Shown here: positions 1 through 10,475 of the stretch, one piece after another | Layout of the letters: each line of letters begins with the position of its first letter | Position numbering within the stretch: position 1 is the first letter of the stretch | From: Bacilli bacterium | GTDB taxonomy: Bacteria; Bacillota_I; Bacilli_A; RFN20; CAG-826 | Length of the DNA stretch: 64,000 nucleotides | Assembly: GCA_041652475.1 (NCBI GenBank) | Contig: JBAZHG010000002.1 | Coordinates: 22,591 to 86,590, forward strand | Direction of reading: 5' to 3' | The notes under the pieces: model-generated | Told to the model about the DNA's origin: nothing | What the model saw: only the letters and a program-made list of their open reading frames with translations | Databases searched by the model: none | Translations under genes and position numbers: made by a program

Positions 1-12
1 CGTAAAAAGGTT

Positions 13-846
13 ATGACCTATGTCTTTTTGGTGCTTTTCGCCCTGGTCGCCCTTTTGCCGCTTTATTACCTGATCATCACCGCCATGAAAGACCTCGACG
101 AAGCCTCGACCCAAGCGACGATGTTCCCCCAAACGTTCGCCTTGTTCGAAAACATCAAGTTTGTAATCACCCATCCCGATTACCAGATCATCAGAATGTT
201 CCTGAACACGATGTTCATTTTCCTGATGAAGACGCTTGGGACCGTCTTGACCTGCTCGATGGCCGCCTACGCCTTCTCGATGTACAAATTCCCGGGCAAG
301 AACGTCATTTTCTTCATTCTTCTCTCAACCATGATGATTCCGGGCGAACTCCTCGGCATCCCGATTTACGAGTTCATGGTCAACGCCGGGCTCAAGGAGA
401 TCGCCTACATCCCGCTATGGATCGCCGCCTGGTTCGGAACCGACGTTTTCATGATTTTCCTGTTCAAGCAGTTTTTCCAAACGGTGCCCAAACCCCTGAT
501 CGAAGCCGCCCGCATGGACGGTTATGGCGAAGTGGCGATTTTCTTTAAGATCGTCCTGCCATTGAACGTCCCGGTCATCGTCACCGTGGTCCTCTTATAC
601 TTCGTCGGCACCTACAACGACTTGTATGGTCCGGCCCTCTATATTTCGGATAAATCGGCGTGGGTCATGGCCAACAGCATCTCAATTTTCGAAAACTTCT
701 ACCAGAGCGGTTCCAGTTCCTACCTCGTCCCGTGGAACTACGTCTCGGTGGCAAGCCTCATCGCCATGATCCCGGTTGTCCTCTTATTCAGTTTCATGCA
801 GAAAAAGTTCCTTCAAAGCATCGCCGGCGTCGGCATCAAAGGATAA
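13..846 (+). CDS. Carbohydrate ABC transporter permease (CUT1 family, MalG-type second permease)
   Basis: 277-aa ORF with multiple hydrophobic helices. It carries the EAA loop 'LIEAARMDGYGEVAIFFKIVLPL' typical of BPD_transp_1 sugar permeases. The partner permease and binding protein presumably lie upstream of the window. Confidence 0.85.
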   Translation: MTYVFLVLFALVALLPLYYLIITAMKDLDEASTQATMFPQTFALFENIKFVITHPDYQIIRMFLNTMFIFLMKTLGTVLTCSMAAYAFSMYKFPGKNVIFFILLSTMMIPGELLGIPIYEFMVNAGLKEIAYIPLWIAAWFGTDVFMIFLFKQFFQTVPKPLIEAARMDGYGEVAIFFKIVLPLNVPVIVTVVLLYFVGTYNDLYGPALYISDKSAWVMANSISIFENFYQSGSSSYLVPWNYVSVASLIAMIPVVLLFSFMQKKFLQSIAGVGIKG

Positions 847-852
847 ACCACT

Positions 853-1791
853 ATGAGCCAATTCAAATTGAATCTCGATTCACTGCTAGAAAGCCATCGC
901 TCCCGTCCGGGCATCGTTACCACCAAACGGCTTCATTTCTTAGGTTTGTCCGGCGCGGTCGATGTGTATAACATCTCGCGGGCTTTCACCTGGCGCGGCC
1001 AGGAATACATCGCCGGTCGGGTCGAACCCCGCGACAGCGAACTTTCCTCGGTCCGTTTCTTCAAACGGGTCGGCATCGATCTTTACGAAGCCCTGCCCCT
1101 CACCCTCAATAACCTGCAAGATCCCTGCGTCGCCTTCATCGACGGGTTTCTCCTTGTCGGGGGCACCGAAATCTATCCCGACGAATCCGGCCGCATCACC
1201 AGCTGGCGGACCGTCTATTACAAAGGCCAATCCCTCGACGACCTGCAACCAGTTATCTATGCCCCGATGCAAATGAAGGACGTCCGCCTCGCCCAATGCG
1301 GCCGTTATTACGTGATGTCGCGGCCTCAAGGCGGAAACGCCAAATGGGGCAAAATCGGTTTCACGACCAGCCCCGATTTGTCGGGCATCACCGCCGAGTT
1401 GATCGAAAAAGCCCCTTTGATCGAAGACCTGTTCGACGACGACCACTGGGGTGGGGCCAACCAAATTCATTGCTTGAAGAACGGCTGGCTCGGGATTCTC
1501 GGCCACGTGGCCCGCATGTCCGAGGGTTATGTCCGCCATTACTACGGGATGACCTTCGCCTTGAATCCCAAAACGTTGGAGCACACCCCCGTCAAAATCA
1601 TCTGCGAACGGGCCGACTTCGCCCCCGGGGCCGCCAAACGGCCCGACTTGACCGACGTCGTGTTCGTGGGCGGATTGGTCCGTCACAAAAACAAGACGGC
1701 GACGCTTTACACCGGTCTTTCGGACGCCGAGGCCCATTACGCCGTGATTGAAGATCCGTTCTTGGAGTACGAGGAGTTGCCGTCAAAATGA
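853..1791 (+). CDS. DUF1861-family beta-propeller protein (GH130-related), putative cytoplasmic beta-mannoside phosphorylase/hydrolase
   Basis: 312 aa with no signal peptide. The N-terminus 'GLSGAVDVYNISRAFTWRGQEYIAGRVEPRDSE' and overall size match my recollection of the DUF1861 family in the beta-fructosidase/GH130 clan. AAAGGA lies 9 nt upstream of the ATG. The gene sits directly after a sugar permease. Confidence 0.5.
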   Translation: MSQFKLNLDSLLESHRSRPGIVTTKRLHFLGLSGAVDVYNISRAFTWRGQEYIAGRVEPRDSELSSVRFFKRVGIDLYEALPLTLNNLQDPCVAFIDGFLLVGGTEIYPDESGRITSWRTVYYKGQSLDDLQPVIYAPMQMKDVRLAQCGRYYVMSRPQGGNAKWGKIGFTTSPDLSGITAELIEKAPLIEDLFDDDHWGGANQIHCLKNGWLGILGHVARMSEGYVRHYYGMTFALNPKTLEHTPVKIICERADFAPGAAKRPDLTDVVFVGGLVRHKNKTATLYTGLSDAEAHYAVIEDPFLEYEELPSK

Positions 1792-3257
1792 AACGACACC
1801 TTCCCATGGCATTGCTGGGTTTGACCCTCGTCATGTTGACGTCGTGCCTTTCGTCCAGCGGCGAAACGTCATCCGGAGAGTCTTCGTCCAGCCTCGAATC
1901 ATCGTCGAGCGAAACGACGCTCGCGGTCACCCCGGTGACCACCACGTTCGACTTTGACGCTCTTAATACCCTCGAATACCTTTACGACGTTGAGGAAATC
2001 GGCGCGATTTCCCATATCGAAGGCCATGGCATCGCCCAAGGCGACTATCTAGTCGGCCCGGACACGATTACCATATTGCCCAACTATTTGGTCGGGCTTG
2101 CCCCCGGCATCTATGAGCTCACGCTCATGACCACGCGGGGAAGCGCCATTCTTTCTTTCGACGTAATCGACCTCCACAATTTGAATCGGGTCGCTAACGC
2201 CTCGTTTGAAACCGGCGACCTGTTTGGATGGACGGCCCGCACGATATTCAAAGGGGAAGCCAACCTTCAATCTTTCACCGAGGAGGCGATCGTCCCCAAC
2301 GGCCAAGCCTTGATCGGCGAGGTCCCTTATGGGGCGGACGGGAATTTCCTCTTAGCCCGTCCCGGGACCATCGCCCGAACCGTTTATGAAGAGCGGATCG
2401 GCCGTTTGGCTTCGCGCCCCTTCGTTTTGGGCGGGAGCGGCTATATCACCTTCATGCTCGGGGCCGGCCAAGAAGCCGATTTGTCCCATGTGTCGATCAA
2501 ACGGGCCGAAGATCAAGTTGAAGTCGGCCGCTACGGCAATTCGAGTTTCGACGTCACCTCCGGGCTTTTGTCCTATTATGGGGAAAACCTCGTCGCCTAC
2601 CGAGCCGATTTGTCGGCGCAGCTCGGTCAATCGCTTTACGTCGAATTGATCGATATCGGGGGCCACGACTGGGATTATTTGACCTTTGACAACGTCGAGA
2701 CGTATCACGCTTCGATTCCGGAAGGGATCGACGCCATCGACATCCGGCCGACGTTTTTATCCGACATCGCCCCGAACCAAGTCCCGAATGGTACTTTCGC
2801 CGACTTGAGCTATTGGTCGGCGTCATCGGCCAGCGGCTGGAACGTGCCCGACAACACTTTCCGGGCCGATAACGGCTTATTGAAGAGCAATCAAGGCGGG
2901 GATGCCTCCCGGGGTTTGATCCGCTCGTCATTGTTCCGGGTCGACGGCTCAGGTTTCATCTCGATGCAGCTCGGGGCCGGGCAAGGATCACGTTTCGACA
3001 AGGATACCTTCGTCTCGATTCGACATGCGGGCACCAACGAAGAGTTATTCCGCTTTGCCAACACACGGCACGACGGAAGCACCATGCTCGCCTATTACCT
3101 CGACCTGAGCGATTATATGAACGATTCGTGCTACCTCGAAGTCCTCGACAATGGCAGCGGCAGTTGGGACGTTCTCTTCATTGACAATGTCATCACCTAT
3201 TACCCGGATCAGCCGAGCGTCACCTACGCGCTCATGGCCCGGAACCTCAATTATTGA
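1788..3257 (+). CDS. Surface lipoprotein with two LamG/CBM-like jelly-roll modules
   Basis: Lipobox 'VMLTSC' is followed by a Ser-rich linker. Two ~150-aa modules start 'NASFETGDLFGWT' and 'VPNGTFADLSYWS'. They contain 'GGSGYITFMLGAG' / 'DGSGFISMQLGAG' and end 'YVELIDIGGHDWDYLTFDNVETYH' / 'YLEVLDNGSGSWDVLFIDNVITYY'. The ATGA start overlaps the upstream stop. Confidence 0.75.
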   Translation: MKRHLPMALLGLTLVMLTSCLSSSGETSSGESSSSLESSSSETTLAVTPVTTTFDFDALNTLEYLYDVEEIGAISHIEGHGIAQGDYLVGPDTITILPNYLVGLAPGIYELTLMTTRGSAILSFDVIDLHNLNRVANASFETGDLFGWTARTIFKGEANLQSFTEEAIVPNGQALIGEVPYGADGNFLLARPGTIARTVYEERIGRLASRPFVLGGSGYITFMLGAGQEADLSHVSIKRAEDQVEVGRYGNSSFDVTSGLLSYYGENLVAYRADLSAQLGQSLYVELIDIGGHDWDYLTFDNVETYHASIPEGIDAIDIRPTFLSDIAPNQVPNGTFADLSYWSASSASGWNVPDNTFRADNGLLKSNQGGDASRGLIRSSLFRVDGSGFISMQLGAGQGSRFDKDTFVSIRHAGTNEELFRFANTRHDGSTMLAYYLDLSDYMNDSCYLEVLDNGSGSWDVLFIDNVITYYPDQPSVTYALMARNLNY

Positions 3258-3268
3258 AAGGATTGACC

Positions 3269-5800
3269 ATGCTCGCGACTTGGCGTAAAAAATGCTTGCT
3301 TCTTGGGACCCTCGTGACCGTTTTCGTCTTGCCTTCGTGCGCCTCGAGTTCCTCGGAATCTTCCCTAAGCGAAAGTAGTTCCAGTTCCATTTCCTCGAGT
3401 TCTCCGTCTTCAAGCGAAAGTTCCTCGAGCGAGGAACCGATCGTCCAAGAGATTGAAAACGGCGGTCTTGAGACCGGCGACCTGTCCGGCTGGACGATCG
3501 TCTCCGGACAAGCTTTTTCTAGTGGCGGGGTCAGTTCCCAAACCCAAGTCAACGGCTCGGTTGCTTATAATAAAGAAGGCACCTATTTCTACCGAGGCAC
3601 CAACGAAAACCTTGAAGGCATCCTCGAGTCGAGCGTGTTCGAGATCGCCGGGAGCGGTTACCTCACCTTCAAATTGGGCGGCGCCTACCTCCAGGCTTTG
3701 ACTTACATCTCTTTCGTCGACGCGACGACCGGAATCGAGTTTTACCGGGTCGGGAACAGCCGGTTCAACCTTCCCGCGAGCGGCTACGTCGACTACCGGG
3801 TCGAAAACATGGTCGATTATTACGTCGATTTGTCGGCCCACCGCGATCGGCTCGCCCGCGTACGCGTTGTCGACCAATCGACGGCCAATCACGGATATGT
3901 GACCTTCGACGGTTTTACCAGCTACCACGAAACGACGCCCGACCTCGCCGGTCGGACATTAGCCCCAAACATCATGCCGCTATTCACCGATTACGCGGGA
4001 ACGCCCGCTTCGCTATATAACGGCAATTTCGGCACCAAGACCTTGGCCGGCTATTCGGTCATCGGCGAAACGGGGGTCTACCGCGATTCGCACATCAACA
4101 GTTCGAATCGGCTTAGCAACCGCCCCGACGAAACCAAGATCGGCGTCTTGCGCTCAAGCGCCTTCAAGGTCGCCGGGTTGAACCTCATGTCCTTCCGGCT
4201 CGGGGCGACCAAACACCCCGATCTCACCTATATGTCGATTAAGAAAGTCGGCACCAACGAGGAAGTGTTCCGCACCTACTCCGACCGCTGGAAAGACGCC
4301 GACGAGGAAAATACCCACTTGTATCACGTCGATCTATCAAAGCATGAAAATTTGGCTTTGTATTTGGAATTCGTCGACAATTCCCGCGGCGATTGGGGAC
4401 TATTGACGATTGAAGCCATCGTCACCCACTATGCGGCCTGGCCTTCCGTCAATGACGAAATCGCCTATAACCTGCTCGATCGAATCGAGCAAAATCCGAC
4501 TTATCAAGCCATGCGCGCCTATGTCGACCCACGCATCGCCGCGATCGAAGACGCGACCACCCGCACCACCGTCAACAAAACTTTCTACGCTTCGATTGAC
4601 GGCATCTCGAATTCCAAGGGCACTTGGCCTAGCGTCATGAACTACTACAAAAACGGCAACACCTTCATCATCACCGGCGACATCGATGCCATGTGGCTGC
4701 GCGATTCCTCGGCCCAGGTATTGCCCTACCTCCAATTCATGACGATCGACGAAGACGTCCGGATCATGGTCAAGGGTTTATTGCGGCAGCAGTTCGAATT
4801 CCTTCGCCGCGAACAATACGCGAACGCCTACAACCCGGGCGGATCGGTCTTCGAACTCAAATTCGAAATCGATTCTTTGATTTACCCGTTATGGCTCGCC
4901 TACGAATACTATCGGATCACTAGCGACGACTCGATCTACGACCGTTTCTTCTGGATGGCCTTGACCGCGGTACTAGACACGCTTGACCAAGAACGCGACC
5001 ATGACGACGCCAATTATCGGATTTCGAATCAATCCGACCGCGACGCCGGCCCTCACGAAGTGAATACCGCTAGCGGCCTCATTTGGAGCGGCTACCGCCC
5101 GAGCGACGACGTCTGCTACTACAAATTCTTCATCCCCGGCAACATATTCGCCGTGGCTACGCTCGAAAAGATGGCCGACCTTTTAACCGCGCTCGGCCGC
5201 TGGCCGGAGACAGCCGCGCGCGCCGCGACCATGGCCAGCGAAGTCCGCTCCGCCATCGAAACCTACGGGGTCTACAACCATCCGACTTACGGCCGCATGT
5301 ACGCCTTTGAGGTCAACGGCTTCGCGAGCGACGCGAATTCTTCTTCCGGCAAGCTCTTGATGGACGCGGCCAACATCCCGAGCCTCCTAGCGATACCGTG
5401 GCTCGGCTACGCCCCCAAAGACGACGCCACCTATCTAAACACCCGCGCCTTCGCCTTGAGTAGCGGCAACCCCTATTATTACGAGGGAACCTACGCAAAA
5501 GGCATCGGCGATCCCCACGACGGCATCGGAGGGGCCAACCCCCATCCGGCGACGCCGGTACCCTGGCACATGGCCCTCGCCATGCAAGGGCTCACGAGCG
5601 AGGATCCCGCGGAAATCGAGACAATGATTTCCTACATGACGGCGACCACGGCGGGAACCTACGTCATGCACGAAGCCTTCAACGCCGACAACCCCAGCCA
5701 ATACAGCCGCGACTGGTTTACCTGGCCGTGCGCCCTATACGCCCATTTGTACCTGACCGAAATACTGAACATCGATCTCATCACGGAGGAGCTATCATGA
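3269..5800 (+). CDS. Lipoprotein: two LamG/CBM-like modules fused to a GH125 exo-alpha-1,6-mannosidase domain
   Basis: ATG 3269 lies 6 nt after AAAGGA; an in-frame TTG at 3254 is an alternative start. The signal 'LVTVFVLPSC' is followed by a poly-Ser linker. Modules open with 'IENGGLETGDLSGWT' and 'LYNGNFGTKTLAGYS'. The C-terminal ~400 aa carry the GH125 hallmark 'FIITGDIDAMWLRDSSAQVLPY'. Confidence 0.8.
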   Translation: MLATWRKKCLLLGTLVTVFVLPSCASSSSESSLSESSSSSISSSSPSSSESSSSEEPIVQEIENGGLETGDLSGWTIVSGQAFSSGGVSSQTQVNGSVAYNKEGTYFYRGTNENLEGILESSVFEIAGSGYLTFKLGGAYLQALTYISFVDATTGIEFYRVGNSRFNLPASGYVDYRVENMVDYYVDLSAHRDRLARVRVVDQSTANHGYVTFDGFTSYHETTPDLAGRTLAPNIMPLFTDYAGTPASLYNGNFGTKTLAGYSVIGETGVYRDSHINSSNRLSNRPDETKIGVLRSSAFKVAGLNLMSFRLGATKHPDLTYMSIKKVGTNEEVFRTYSDRWKDADEENTHLYHVDLSKHENLALYLEFVDNSRGDWGLLTIEAIVTHYAAWPSVNDEIAYNLLDRIEQNPTYQAMRAYVDPRIAAIEDATTRTTVNKTFYASIDGISNSKGTWPSVMNYYKNGNTFIITGDIDAMWLRDSSAQVLPYLQFMTIDEDVRIMVKGLLRQQFEFLRREQYANAYNPGGSVFELKFEIDSLIYPLWLAYEYYRITSDDSIYDRFFWMALTAVLDTLDQERDHDDANYRISNQSDRDAGPHEVNTASGLIWSGYRPSDDVCYYKFFIPGNIFAVATLEKMADLLTALGRWPETAARAATMASEVRSAIETYGVYNHPTYGRMYAFEVNGFASDANSSSGKLLMDAANIPSLLAIPWLGYAPKDDATYLNTRAFALSSGNPYYYEGTYAKGIGDPHDGIGGANPHPATPVPWHMALAMQGLTSEDPAEIETMISYMTATTAGTYVMHEAFNADNPSQYSRDWFTWPCALYAHLYLTEILNIDLITEELS

Positions 5801-8304
5801 ACACCCACAAACCGCTATTCGGCCTCTTGGCCATCATAACGTTGACGGTCACGGCCATCAACCTGCCGCTGCCGACTCAGGCGAGCGAACGGCTTTATGG
5901 CGTCGATTTGGCTTATAAGCGCCGGGTGGTGGCCACCGACCACACCGATGAGAATACGAACGTCAAAGCGGTCGACGCCGACCCGGGGACGCGCTATGCC
6001 GCCGCCAAGGAAAACGACGCCTACTTTTACGTCGACCTCGGTTCCCTCGAAAAGGTCGGCAAAGTAGTTATCGACTGGGAAGCGTCTTACGCCAGCCAGT
6101 ATCTCCTCCAGATGTCGCTGAACGCCATCGATTGGACGACGGTGGCCACGGTCAGCAAGGACAACAGCCAGAAAGACGAAATCGTCTTCCCGAATTGGCT
6201 CGAAACCAAATTTGTCCGTTTCCAAGGCGTCAGCCGCGCTTTGGAATATGGTTATTCCTTTTATAGCTTTGAAGTCTACGGACCGCAAAGCCTTGGGACT
6301 TCGGGTACCGTCGAATTCGTCTCCAGCAACGAGAACCCCGCCCAATTGCCAGGTCAAGCTATTCTTGACCTCCAAGCGCATACCCGCTGGGCTTCCTCCG
6401 TGGCCGACGACCAATACTTTTTGATCGATTTGAACTCGACCCAGACTTTCGACATGTTCAAAATCCGCTGGGAAGTGTCCTTTGCCCGCATCTTCCGCAT
6501 TTACGGGCATCCGGAAACGACGGGCGAAGCACCCGTTCGCGCCGATGAGGGGTGGACGCTCCTTGCCGGGACCGAAGCCGGGCTCGGCGAAGTCGACACT
6601 TTCAAGCTCGAGGCCGAAGCGACGACCCGTTTCATCAAGGTGGAACTGGTCCAGCGCGAGACTCACGAGACGACGAAGAAAACCGGACGCTACCCGTGGC
6701 AATCGACCTTTTCGATCTATTCGTTTGAATTGTTCGATTGGTCATCCATCATCGCCGCGCCTTTGGGTCGCCCGATGGAATTTTCCTACAACTCCCCGGC
6801 CTGGGCCAGCATGAGCAATATCACCCTGCACGACGGAGGGCTGATTCTCGCGCCGCAAGGCTATCCGATCGAAGCCGAAGGCCAAGTCACCAACATGGCC
6901 AGCATCGCCGACGGGGACATCCCCGGATTCGAATCTTACGGAACCTATAATCCGGCCGTCATCTACGACGAGGACCGGGCCATGTTCCATATGATCTACC
7001 GGTCGGAGCTCCCCGACCGTTTCGACACCTATTTCGGCGAGCGCTACGATCTCGGCCACATGTCGACGCTTTCGTACGCATATTCTTACGATGGCGTACA
7101 TTTCACCCGCGGCGAAAACAACCCGATTGCCTGGCCGACTTATAATTTCGAGGCAGGCGGCGGGCTCGAAGACCCGCGCATGTTCAAAATCAAAAACGAC
7201 CCCAACCGCGGCGGGGTGACGACTTATTACATCACCTACACGACGTATGACTATAGCATGACCCGCGAAGGGATGGTTTACACCACCGATTTCGAAACCT
7301 TCACCAAGGTCGAAGCCGGCCGGTTGGCCCCCAATTACGGCGACGCCCACAAATCGGGCACCTTCATCACCGATCCCGAAGGCAACGCCGTCAAAATACC
7401 CGATCCGCGTCCCGGGAAGCACGGCGAGGTCTACATGATGTACATGAAGGACGGCAGCTACACCCGGATCGGCTTCACCACCGACGTGATGAACATCGCC
7501 GCCGAGGACATCATCGACATCGACACCGGCGGTTATGGGACTAACGACATCGAGGATTTGACCAAAGGCAACGAATCGTGCATGGCCTTGACGAACATCT
7601 ACGGTCCCGACGACCAAGACATCTATCTGATGTACGGCGGCGGGGTCTTGTCCGATCCCAACATCGAAAAAGAGCAGCCGAACGTCACCGACTGGTTCTA
7701 TGCCCTCGGAGTCTTGAAGACGACCAAGAGCAACCCGTTTGAATTGACGAACGTCCGTCTCGACCTCGACGAGCCGACCATGTACCCGACCGACACCAAC
7801 AAGATCGATTACGGCCTGTTCCCGAACGGCTGCATGTTCGCCGATTCGATGATCCGCCACGAAGGCCGCTGGTACTTGTATTATGGAGCCGGCGACATGT
7901 ATGTCGGCTTGGCGACCGCCCGGGCCGATTTCGGCGCCGGAGCTTCTTCTTACAGCCATGATGGATCGCTAGTCACCGCCAGCACCATGGCCTTGAACAA
8001 ACGCTATGAAGGCACGAAAACGCCTTACGCCATCGAATACGTGCTCGAAGTCCGCGACTTGGACGGCAACCTTCTGGACACGGCCGTCAGTTCTTATTCG
8101 GTTCCGCATTTTTCAACCCTAGACTTAGGCAAGTACAGTTCCGGGATTCCCATCTCGGTTTCGATTGATCTCGACAATATCCTCGATTTGCCCAATGACT
8201 ATTACCTGACGAGTTATGTCCGCGAGGACGATACTTCCTCAATCGTCAATAATCCGTCCCACTACCTGGCCGTGACGCCCACCGTCACCCACATGCCGCG
8301 ATGA
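5797..8304 (+). CDS. Secreted CBM32-CBM32-GH130 beta-mannoside hydrolase/phosphorylase-family enzyme
   Basis: ATG 5797 follows GGAGGA (5785-5790) and forms an ATGA overlap with the GH125 stop. Signal peptide '...LPLPTQA'. Two F5/8-type-C (discoidin/CBM32) domains are present ('YFYVDLGSLEKVGKVVIDWEASYASQYLLQMSLNAIDW', 'YFLIDLNSTQTFDMFKIRWEVSFARIFRIYG'). GH130 motifs are 'TYNPAVIYDEDRAMFHMIYRSE', 'GGLEDPRMFKI' and 'GRWYLYYGAGDMYVGLATA'. Confidence 0.8.
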   Translation: MNTHKPLFGLLAIITLTVTAINLPLPTQASERLYGVDLAYKRRVVATDHTDENTNVKAVDADPGTRYAAAKENDAYFYVDLGSLEKVGKVVIDWEASYASQYLLQMSLNAIDWTTVATVSKDNSQKDEIVFPNWLETKFVRFQGVSRALEYGYSFYSFEVYGPQSLGTSGTVEFVSSNENPAQLPGQAILDLQAHTRWASSVADDQYFLIDLNSTQTFDMFKIRWEVSFARIFRIYGHPETTGEAPVRADEGWTLLAGTEAGLGEVDTFKLEAEATTRFIKVELVQRETHETTKKTGRYPWQSTFSIYSFELFDWSSIIAAPLGRPMEFSYNSPAWASMSNITLHDGGLILAPQGYPIEAEGQVTNMASIADGDIPGFESYGTYNPAVIYDEDRAMFHMIYRSELPDRFDTYFGERYDLGHMSTLSYAYSYDGVHFTRGENNPIAWPTYNFEAGGGLEDPRMFKIKNDPNRGGVTTYYITYTTYDYSMTREGMVYTTDFETFTKVEAGRLAPNYGDAHKSGTFITDPEGNAVKIPDPRPGKHGEVYMMYMKDGSYTRIGFTTDVMNIAAEDIIDIDTGGYGTNDIEDLTKGNESCMALTNIYGPDDQDIYLMYGGGVLSDPNIEKEQPNVTDWFYALGVLKTTKSNPFELTNVRLDLDEPTMYPTDTNKIDYGLFPNGCMFADSMIRHEGRWYLYYGAGDMYVGLATARADFGAGASSYSHDGSLVTASTMALNKRYEGTKTPYAIEYVLEVRDLDGNLLDTAVSSYSVPHFSTLDLGKYSSGIPISVSIDLDNILDLPNDYYLTSYVREDDTSSIVNNPSHYLAVTPTVTHMPR

Positions 8305-8318
8305 AGGAGGCTGAACCC

Positions 8319-10448
8319 ATGAACAAAAAACGTTTATTGCTACTGGCCTTGCTCGTCGCCATGCCACTGATTGCTTCTTGTGGAAGCAGTTCCCTCGCTT
8401 CTTCCGACTCATCGAGCCCCAGCAGCCAGGATTTGCCGCTTGTGGTTCCATCCGAAGTCGCCCTTGACGGACGAATCATCACTTGGTCGCCAGTATCCGG
8501 GGCCGAAGGCTATGACGTCAAACTCAACCAAGAAGACGATTACCAAACCCCAATTAACGAATTCGAACTGCCCGATTCCTATTTCGGGCCGCTTTCGATT
8601 GCCGTCAGGGCTTATCGCGGCGAAGAAACGACCGCATACAGCCCCGAGACGAACGTCACCGCCATTTTGACACTCGAAGCGCCGGGCAATTTCCGCCAAG
8701 AAGGCAGTGAACTCCTGTGGGACGCGGTCACTTACGCCACCGGCTATATGGTCAAGATCGATACCATCGAGCATTTCACCTTGTTGACCAGTTATGAACT
8801 GGATACGATCGCCCCAAGCCAAGCCCAAATCCGGGCCACGGGACGCAACGACGGCTATGTCGTCGCCAGCCCGTTCAGCGACCCGCTCCTGATTAAGGCG
8901 CCGCTGACCACCCCGACGAACATCACCTACACCGACGGCTTCCTGTCTTGGGACGCGGTCGCCAACGCCAGCTCTTATGAAATCGAAATCAACGAAATAC
9001 ACGATTTCACCAGCGACACGAACACAGTCAGTATCGGGTTCGATTTCGTGGGCGAGGTCGTCGCCCGCGTCAAGGCAAAAGCCACCGGGGATCAATATTT
9101 GGATTCCTCGTGGGGCGAAGCCAATCTATCAATCGACCCATTGACGCTGGCTCGTCCGACAAACCTATATATCGAAGCCGGGGTTTTGCACTTCAGCGAA
9201 GTGGCCCACGCGACCGAATACGAAATCTATTTGAACGATGAACTCGAAGACACCGTGACCGTGAATAGCTTTGTTTTAAGCGGCGAGATTCTGGCCCAGA
9301 TTAACAGTTACCTTCAAGTCAAAGCCATTTCCGCCATCCACAATCCTTCGCCATTGAGCGAAAAAGTCTTTATCGGCGCCGTTTTGGTCACGAACGAGGC
9401 CGAACTGCGGGCCATGGATAGCGTCGGGGCCTACACGCTCGCGAACAACATCGCGCTGACACTGCCTTGGATCCCGATTGATTTTGCCGGATACCTTAAC
9501 GGAGCCGGACACACGATCTCCGGCCTCAACCTGACCGGGAGTCAAAGCGCTACCGCGCTCGGCTTCTTTGGCACGCTGGAAGAAGCCACCGTCACCAACC
9601 TCTCACTAGAAGGTTCCTTCGACGTTACCTTAACCGGCTTTGAGCCTAATCTAGGCGGCTTAGCCGGAAGCGCCGAGTCGAGCATCCTAAGCAACCTTGA
9701 TATCGCCATCGACATCGCGGCCGTTGCCACGAACGGCATCGCCAATGTGGGCGGCATCGTCGGACAAAGCGCCTCGTCGACGTATACCAGGGTCATCTAT
9801 GAAGGAGCCATCGCAAGCGAACACGCCATCAGCGGCGGGTTCATCGGGGCAGCCGTCCAATCGAGCGAAGCGGTGACCATCCATAAAAGCGCCGCCCTCG
9901 GGACCATCGAGGTCGCCGGCGGAGAACAGAGCCCGACCGGCGGTTTCATCGGCCGCTTGATCGACAACTATCTGACCATCACCGAATCCAAAGCCCACAT
10001 CGACGTGACCGGCCCGAACTATGTCGGCGGCTTCGTCGGCTACATGGGCAGCGGCACGATTGAAAACTCCTATTCGAAAGGCGCGGTCACGGCGACGGGA
10101 ACGGCCATCGTCCACGTCGGAGGTTTCGTCGGACGGATGGAAGGCTACAACAACAAAGTCCGTTATTCAATCGCCATGACGACGATTGCCTATACCGCTG
10201 GCGACACGGTCCACGCCGGAGCCTTCGTCGGGGTGACCCCCGGAGGATCCATCGCCACCATCTATGTGTCCTGCCACTACGACAACACGATTTCGTCGCT
10301 TGACCGCATCGGCAATTACCCGGTCGGCCGGGGCGACGGCATCACCGGCAAGACTTCATCCGAACTGTTATCATTAGCAAACTATAGTTTGTCCATCTGG
10401 GATTTCAGCGGCGATTCGCCGCGGTTACTCTGGGAACTATTAGCTTAG
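8319..10448 (+). CDS. Surface lipoprotein: Fn3-like repeats followed by a GLUG-motif beta-helix domain
   Basis: ATG 8319 lies 8 nt after AAGGAGG (8304-8310). Lipobox 'PLIASC' plus Ser linker. There are at least four ~90-aa repeats with 'W..V..A..Y.(V/I)' ('ITWSPVSGAEGYDVKLN', 'LLWDAVTYATGYMVKID', 'LSWDAVANASSYEIEIN', 'LHFSEVAHATEYEIYLN'). These are followed by 'FAGYLNGAGHTISGLNL' and periodic 'GG(L/I/F)(A/V/I)G' turns (NLGGLAGS, NVGGIVGQ, YVGGFVGY, HVGGFVGR). Confidence 0.75.
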   Translation: MNKKRLLLLALLVAMPLIASCGSSSLASSDSSSPSSQDLPLVVPSEVALDGRIITWSPVSGAEGYDVKLNQEDDYQTPINEFELPDSYFGPLSIAVRAYRGEETTAYSPETNVTAILTLEAPGNFRQEGSELLWDAVTYATGYMVKIDTIEHFTLLTSYELDTIAPSQAQIRATGRNDGYVVASPFSDPLLIKAPLTTPTNITYTDGFLSWDAVANASSYEIEINEIHDFTSDTNTVSIGFDFVGEVVARVKAKATGDQYLDSSWGEANLSIDPLTLARPTNLYIEAGVLHFSEVAHATEYEIYLNDELEDTVTVNSFVLSGEILAQINSYLQVKAISAIHNPSPLSEKVFIGAVLVTNEAELRAMDSVGAYTLANNIALTLPWIPIDFAGYLNGAGHTISGLNLTGSQSATALGFFGTLEEATVTNLSLEGSFDVTLTGFEPNLGGLAGSAESSILSNLDIAIDIAAVATNGIANVGGIVGQSASSTYTRVIYEGAIASEHAISGGFIGAAVQSSEAVTIHKSAALGTIEVAGGEQSPTGGFIGRLIDNYLTITESKAHIDVTGPNYVGGFVGYMGSGTIENSYSKGAVTATGTAIVHVGGFVGRMEGYNNKVRYSIAMTTIAYTAGDTVHAGAFVGVTPGGSIATIYVSCHYDNTISSLDRIGNYPVGRGDGITGKTSSELLSLANYSLSIWDFSGDSPRLLWELLA

Positions 10449-10475
10449 TTTTCAAAAAATATAGGAGAATTGCTT

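Noticed and set aside
940-1737. 265-aa minus-strand ORF, plus several 100-150-aa ORFs in other frames, overlapping the DUF1861 gene.
   Set aside because: Its Arg/Gly/Pro/Val-rich translation is typical of antisense or off-frame reading of GC-rich coding DNA. It has no start context and lies fully nested in a well-supported + strand gene.
5815-7959. Minus-strand ORFs of 295 aa (5815-6702) and 405 aa (6742-7959) opposite the CBM32-GH130 gene.
   Set aside because: These are shadow ORFs. They have low-complexity Gly/Arg/Val/Asp composition and no ribosome-binding site, and the + strand frame has clear CBM32 and GH130 motifs.
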